64,000 nt of DNA from Fimicolochytrium jonesii (Eukaryota): contig NW_026515693.1 of NCBI RefSeq assembly GCF_025526975.1, forward strand, positions 372,001-436,000, written 5' to 3'. The notes beneath the pieces were generated by a model. The model did no database searches. It was not told the DNA's origin and saw nothing but the letters and a program-made list of their open reading frames with translations. Numbering within the stretch: position 1 is the stretch's first letter; every line of letters starts with the position of its first letter. Made by a program: the position numbers and the translations under genes. This document shows positions 57,054-64,000 of this stretch, one piece after another.

Positions 57054-59163
57054 ATGGTAGGGTCGTCCGTTCCTCATTTCACAGACGCGTCGGTTTGACC
57101 TTCTTTAGCCCAAGTTCCCACGCACTCTTACACTCACTCTGTATATGAATCTCATAGGCCACAGCAGCTTTCCGCCGTCATGTGGTAGAGCGCAGGGATC
57201 AGGACCTTCGCCGAAAAGAGTTTGAGCGGGAGGACCTCGTGAGCAAGTTGAACAGCGATGCGGTTTTCCGAAGCAACTTGGACTCCGACGACAGGGTGGA
57301 CGGAAAGAGACGGTTGAGGATACAGCGGATAAGGGAGGAGGAGCAGAAGACGTATGAGCAGCTTATGGAGGTACGAGGCTGAAGATGGATCAGCGTCAGT
57401 CGGGAGTGATGTGCGGGCCTCTAAGGAAGGGATCATCAATCTGACCATCTACGCGTACGCAATAGGCGGCACATAAACGTGCCCACCGAGAAATAACACG
57501 CGAAAGGGAAGAAAAAGATAAACAGGAGTCGGAGCGGCTAGAAACTCAACGCATTCGCGATGAGAAGCTGCGCCAAGCTATCCGCGAGAACAGCGTCGAG
57601 CTCCGCGAGTTGGAGAAGAAGCTCAATTACGCGTACATGAACAAAGAGCGGTCCTTGCAGGTGCAGGAAAAGGCGCTGCAGGATCAGATTTCCAAGGCAA
57701 GGGAAGCGGAGCTGATTGCTGAGATGAATGAGCGGCTGGAGAAGCAAAAGCAACTGGAGCTGGAAAGGGATCACCAGGAATATCTCAAGAGTCTGGACTA
57801 CAGCAAAGCGTTGAACGACCAGCTGTTAGAGCAGGAGGCGAGGAAAGAAGCGGAGTTCGAGCAGTTCTTGAAGGAAAAGGAAATGGTCGACCAGATCGTC
57901 AGGAAGATCCTGGATGAGGACGCAAGGTGCGTCTGCTAGATTTGTCTGCTTACGAGGATTTTGGAGTTTGGGGTTCAATGCACTGAAACTCACAAAACAA
58001 TAAAACAGGGAGGCCGAGCGCCGCTTGGAGAAGCAAGCTGAGACGAAGCAGTTCATTGAAAAGTTTATTGTGGAGCGGGAGCAATGGCGTCGGGAAGAGT
58101 CTGCACGACAGGAAGCCGAGAACCGCAAAATCGAGGCATACGCGCGCGACCAAGCTGCGAGGGCACAGGCTCAGCAGGATGTCAAGAAACATCGCGACGA
58201 GGAGAGGACTGTTATTTACGACAGGGTATGTGCCACATGGAATATCTTTCCTGCATGCGAAACATATATCTTGAGTACTTACAACGGTATGACATGTTGA
58301 CAGCTTGCAGCAGAAATGGATCAACGAGAGAAGGCAAAAGCCGAGTTGGAGCAGCTCCGCATCGACTTGTACGAAGAAGAGCAGGAAGAAGAGTCGCGGC
58401 GTCGGGATCAGGTACATTACCGTGGATATACGGTCCAGGACCAAGAAGCAGATGTTGAGCTCAGCTTTACCAAACTTGTTGCTGTAGGAACGCCTGCAAA
58501 ACCGTATTCGCAAAAGACTGGAGCTCATTGACGCATACCGTAACCAAATGCTAGAGAAGCGCTTCCGCGCGATTCAAGAGCAGGAGGAGGAGGATGTTGT
58601 GCGTCGGAAGGTGAGTTTCTTTGGAAGTCCTCTCTGTACGTAAATGTTCCAAGGCAATGAGCTCACGATGAGACATCCCCAAGATGATGGACCGCTACGC
58701 CGAGGAAGAAAAGCTCGAACAGCTCAATGCGCAGAAGCGGCGCATGAAACAAATGGAGCACCGCCGCGCCGTGGACGCCATCCTCGCCGAGCGGCGCTTG
58801 CTGCTCCAAAAGGAACGCGAGATTGCCGAGATGGAGCTTGCCCGCGAGAAGGAGATCGACGATTACAGGCAGCAGGTCGTCGAGCAGGAACGACAGAGAC
58901 TGCTGCGCGAGCATGCTGTCAAGCTTCTGGGGCATTTGCCAAAGGTACGTGGTGGGGAGGAATTCCAGGTTTCCGGTCGGCTTTCTTTCCGTCGATCGTT
59001 ACTGTTGGGGCGCAATCTCACTATCCCCTCTCCCTTCCTATCCTCTCTGCAAATACGAATCACGCAGGGCGTTCTCCGCGACCAAAAAGACCTCGACCTC
59101 TTCGACGAAGAGTTCCGGAGAAAATTTGGCAACATCAAGCTGGACGACCCGCGCGACGCTTGA
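57054..59163 (+). CDS. MNS1: Meiosis-specific nuclear structural protein 1 (axonemal microtubule inner protein), multi-exon; first exon is probably the ATG alone
   Basis: IRENSVELRELEKKLNYAYMNKER; long coiled coil; C-terminal ERQRLLREHAVKLLGHLPK|GVLRDQKDLDLFDEEFR. ATG|GTAGGG intron 57057-57157. Confidence 0.92.
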
Positions 59164-60680
59164 AAAAGACGGGAGGAGGCGGAAAGGGGGGGGGGGGGGG
59201 GGGGGCGGGGGGCGAGGGGGAGCCAAGGGCGTTTGAGGGGAGCCACCGACACCATGACGCCCTCCCGCCTGTGCGGCGCTTTTTTGCATTGTGTCCTTCA
59301 TTTTTGGGAAAGTGTAATCGACTGTGGACACACTACCAATCCTTTGTGTGTATACCATTCATATAACAAATGTCATTACATGTATTGCAAGTACTAGCTT
59401 TGACAGGTGACGTTGTTGCTTGTTGATACGCCCGCCGGAGATACCATTGACACCAAGTAAGAGTTCAAGATGAACCGTTAAGGACCGTTTTGAGCGAGTA
59501 GAACGAGGACGGCGAAGCATTTCCAGCAGGAGAAGCGTGGGCAGAGCCATGCTCTCAAAAGCCCAGTTCTTCCTGGGCGACCACTCTGGCGTCCTCCTCT
59601 GGGTCCCGTTCCACATATGTTGCTCTCTTTCATTGACGTCAATGTCACGTCGGGAAGTGGGTAGTTGTTGTCCACGACCTTGCGGCACCTCCTGCGGGGT
59701 GAGGGCTGCGTCAAATGCCTTGTCGAAAACGGAGCGGACGTACGCCCGCTGGACTCCATCGAGGCCCAGTAGAGTCTCGACTCGCGGAACAGCCTTTTCG
59801 AGCAGCAGCGGTCTGATGTTGGGGGGGATCGTCGGGGAATCTCCTGCCGGCTGCTGGCGGGGGACGTCCGGCTCGGGGACAACGACAGTGGGAACTTGCC
59901 ATCTTGCGGGGGTTAGTGTGAGGATGGTGAAGAGTCTGAGATGAACGTTATGGAAGGAGGTTTACTGATCCTGAGGAAGAGGCAAGAAGAGAAAGAAAGG
60001 GGCAACACATGCACCAAGTATTCATAGATGCCGCGGATTTGCGACTGACAGCTGATAGGGAATCCGACAGCGCGTAAGTTGGACCTGGGAATTGTGCACT
60101 GTGGAGGCAAGGGCAACTGACCTGAATGCGCCCCATAACTGATACCCCATACACCTGTCATGGTCCGTTTCTGGCAGCTTCAGTCGTTTCCGATGCAACT
60201 GACAGAAATTCGACAGCGCGCGATGAGCCTCCCAACGATTGAATGCGGCAAGGTCAATTAAGAACGAGTATAAAAGCGGCAGCCGCACACTTACGCTATC
60301 GACAGGGCCTCGATTCCTTTTGTTTCTTGTTTTGGTTCAATACCGTCGGTAGAGGCGGGCGTCCAAAGAGCGGTCCCATCCCATGACACATCCGCATCCG
60401 CAGCTTCTAGATCTAGACCTCGGACGCGCAGTTGCAAACGTACAGCATCGATGTTTATCTAGGCGCAACACTGTCGAGAGGACGAACATTCTGAGCGGCA
60501 GAATCCAGTGAACGCTGCTCTCCGCCTCTCCGCCAGCGAAAATATTGTCGTGAAGCCGCAAGTGCACAGATCTCGACCAACGGAAGTGTACGTAGCAAGG
60601 CGGGACGACATCAGCGCCTTCGTGGGTCCCCTCGCTCACCTCACCACCACCTCACCCGCACCCCCAACGCCCAACCAAGC

Positions 60681-62150
60681 ATGTCCGCAAACCTAACCAC
60701 CTGCCTCGCCCTCCCCGAAACCCAACTGCTCCTCCAACGCACTGCCCTCTCCGCATCGGTCAGCACCGCCCAACGCGTCTTCTACGTCCTCGGGCCCACC
60801 GGCATCATCACCGGCTGCGCGATCCCCATCATCGCCTACAACCTCCTCATCTGCGCCAAACGGCTCCTGCATCTCCACCCCACCCCGGCGCGAGTCTGTG
60901 CAGGGCCGCGGGCGTACGCGCTCCTGTGTGGGTTCCTCGCCCTGGCGTGCACGTCCGGAGCCCTCGTGAAGATCCTCGTGGTCTACGACAACCGCACGAA
61001 GATCGGCATCGGCGTCGGCGTGTGGGGCTACGTCGGCGCCCTCGTCGCGCTCAACATCGCTGGCACGCTCCGGTTCGCGGTCCCGCTGGCGCAGTGGTGG
61101 CAGAAACGCGTGCTGTATACCGCGACGGCGGTCGTGGTCACGGTGCTGGCGGCGGGGACGGTGGTCCTGGTTGGGTTGGAGTTGACCGCGTATGAGGGCC
61201 CCCTGGCGGATTTCCAGTTTTCGCTGAACATGTCGTTGATCAATATCTTCTTGCCGGCTTATTACGGCATTTCCGGGTTGGTTTGTTTTAGTTACGAGGT
61301 ATTGTAGACGTGATGTTGTGTTATGTGTGGGTTCTGCAAAACAAACGCGGAAAATGTCTAATCCCCCCCCCTCCCCTCTCTCTCTTTCCGCAATCCCGAT
61401 TGACGCCTCCTCATCGCACAGCTCTACAAAACCCGCGAACCCTCCTCGTTCCTCTCCACGCACACGTCCCGCCTCAAATCCCTCGAGTTCGCCAACCACA
61501 TCCTCATGCTCACCAACCTCTTCCTCATCCTCGCCTACTTCGCCTGCCTGCACGCCGTCAAGAACGACAGGAGGTTCGAGTCCACGGGCGCGATGATCTT
61601 CGCAACCTGCTGGCTGGCGATCGAGAATGGGTTTGAGAATGTGAGCGAGGTCGTGTTTGAGGGGACGAAGGCCGCGGGTCGAGATGTGGTGGGGGACCCG
61701 GGCGTGGTGGGTGGGGGGGTGAGGTTTGTGCTGCCGGCGGGGATGGAGACGGACATGAGGGCGGTGCAGGGGGATGGGAGCGCTGACGAGGGGGGTGACG
61801 ATGGCGACGCGGGTGGGAGGAGGGGCAGCACCGGGACGACGTTGGTGACGGGAGGTGTGAAGGCTTCGGCTTCCGTGACGTCGCCGTCGCCGTCATTCTC
61901 GGATAGGTTCGAACTGGCGGATATGCCGCACCGCCGCATGTCTGGGGTGAATCACAATCAGACGAATACCAAGAACGGTACGACACCCACATATGCGCCA
62001 CCACGACGGCCGTCAACTAGCCCGTTGACTACGATGTCGGGCCCCGAACAATCCCCAAAGGTGCCAGCGTCGTCGCGGCGGTCGCGGAGGCCGGGCGCGG
62101 GGTTAGATGGGGTGGACGGACGAGGGGATGATGGCGAATCTGGCCTATGA
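60681..62150 (+). CDS. Multi-pass membrane protein (about 7 TM, GPCR-like topology) with disordered C-tail; intron 61299-61421
   Basis: Five hydrophobic helices in exon 1 and two in exon 2; the phase-0 intron gives CFSYE|LYKTRE. Confidence 0.75.
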
Positions 62151-62544
62151 TCTCAGTTCCTTTTGAGGGCCGCATGTGCGCATAGAGCGGCTCTTTTGCA
62201 GGGTGATGTCCCTACTATGTACATATACCTACACGTATACGGAAAGAACGTGGCTAGAATTGTAGTCCCAATGCCAGGCCGCTCACGAAGGAGTGAGAAT
62301 GCGAGGGATAATATACATTTCACAAGGGCGGCGTGAGAAGGTACAAAGAGGGTAAATATTAGATGGGTTGGAACTTCCCAACGGTGAAAACTATATGGCG
62401 GGAAGGCGAGGGACTAGGATAGGTTGACTATGACGAAGTAGGGATGGGAGTTAAAGAGGGGAGTTTGGGCGGCGCCGCAATTTTCCGGAGCTTTGGTAAG
62501 GGGATTTGCCGTTGAAAACCGATTGTTTTACCCTCCACAGCGAA

Positions 62545-63776
62545 TCAAAAAAACAACACTCCCAATAAAAACCCAACAAATGCGACCGCAACCACCAACG
62601 CCGCGCTCATGCCCTGCTCCGCTTGCGTGTGTGCAATCGCCAAACCGCCCGCCGCGGGTCCTCTCGACGCCGAACTCGACGAGGTAATCTCACGACGCTG
62701 ACGGAGCGCGTTGAGACGGTCGATTTCCTGTTTGTAGCCCTCGCACGCTGCTTGTAGGGTTTTGATTTTTTCGCGGCCGAGGTGGAGCTCGTGGAGGAGG
62801 GCGGGGTCGGGTTCGGGAAGGGCTTGTTTTGGGGGGTGGGGGGTCGGCGTGGGTGGGGAGATGGGGCCGGTTGGGGGGGTGGTGGGTTTTTGTCCTTGGG
62901 GGTGAGCGGGGAAGGCGGATGGGGTTTGTGCCGGTAGCGCAGGTAGGGCTGCTGCTGGCAGTTGTGATGACGGCGTCGGCTCGGCAAACTCCGTAGTGAC
63001 ATCCCGCCCAGAAACGGCTGGGGTTCCAACACCCGCGTTCAGCTCCCCATCGCTGCTCGACACCCTATTCGCACTCGCATTCGAAAACACCGTCTCCTTC
63101 CTCCCCACAGCAATCTCCTCCTCCTCGTGAATAACCGCATGTCCCGCCCCCGGCGACGTGATAGGCGCAAACACACACCGCAGCTTCTTCTCAATCAACA
63201 CCTGCGCCGCAGCCTCCGGGCTCGTCTTCTTCAACGACTCGGCCTGGCTCCATAGATCCGCGAGCCGAGCGACCAGGTCGTCCCCTTCGAGGGTCATGAC
63301 GTCCGAGGGGACTTTGATCCCCTGCACGAGGAATTTGTCGCGGTTCTTGGTGGTGACGCTGAGGTCATCTTTTGTGGGTTGGAGGAGGACTTGGACTTCG
63401 ACGACGCCGCCGGCGGGGATGCGGCCGCTGTTGGGTCGCACGCAGTATTGTTTGGGGGCTGGAAGTGGGAAACCAGGAGGACGAGTCAGTAAGTGGATGG
63501 ATGAGTGGGATTGGGTGGAAAGACTGACGAACTCCCCATCCTGCCATGGGAATGATTGCCGCCCGGAAGATTCCTCTCTCCCCTGCCCTTCTCTAGGACA
63601 GCTACTAAAATAACAGTCTGAAACCCACCAGTAGTCTTGATCTTAAACGCAACAGCCGCGGTTGGATGGACGTTCGAGACGGTGAGCGTCCTCCTGACCG
63701 TTGTGGTGAAAGGCGGCGAGAAGGTCAGGTCCTTTTCCGGGTACACCGTCAGCGACGGCTCTGCTGCTGCGTCCAT
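62545..63776 (-). CDS. SCS2: VAP/Scs2 family ER protein (MSP domain, coiled coil, C-terminal TM); intron 63628-63459
   Basis: VAFKIKTT|APKQYCVRPNSG signature, RDKFLVQ, and a C-terminal hydrophobic anchor. Confidence 0.95.
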
Positions 63777-64000
63777 TGGTGGTTCTATCGTTACTGGGAG
63801 TGTTGCGAGTGAGAGATGGTATGGCCTTCCGGTTGTTCCAGTTGGTCGTGGGAATGGGAAGCAGGCCGCTTAAAAATCCGGGAGGCCGCCCGTGAGAGAA
63901 CAGGCGCGTCTTTCTCAGCCTGACCCCCAGGGAGGACTGCCTACATGTATGTACACCCCAACACGATACTCACGCCGTCTGCAACGCTTGGCTGTAGCTT

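Noticed and set aside
60693..61553. 286-aa minus-strand ORF
   Set aside because: Antisense shadow of the membrane-protein gene caused by codon bias.

Overview
Eukaryotic, intron-rich genomic DNA from a flagellated (zoosporic, chytrid-type) fungus. The call rests on short GT-AG introns, fungal-type genes (TOK channel, Nab3/NCOA5-like RRM protein) and the axonemal gene MNS1. Recognisable genes are a two-pore K+ channel (5' part outside the window), an FBXO31-like F-box protein, PheRS beta, CFD1, COX17, MNS1, VAP/SCS2, two GNATs, a PIN-domain nuclease, an HNH nuclease, a DUF2235 hydrolase and several orphans. Decayed mobile-element sequence lies between them (about 21.6-25.7, 32.7-41 and 49-56 kb). 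The most notable item is missing from the ORF track: a collinear, deletion-riddled relic of a Fanzor1 (eukaryotic TnpB-like RNA-guided nuclease) on the minus strand at about 24.5-25.25 kb, with the RuvC-I Asp retained. Other leads are a GCGAGCGAAGCGAGC motif family confined to three enlarged introns, a 5'-truncated tRNA-Leu next to an inverted-repeat element, an intronless PIN + zinc-ribbon protein that may be mitochondrial, an actinobacteria-like GNAT, a duplication with a templated junction insert, and alternating C-rich/G-rich blocks in host genes. All family assignments come from motif recognition by eye; no searches were run.
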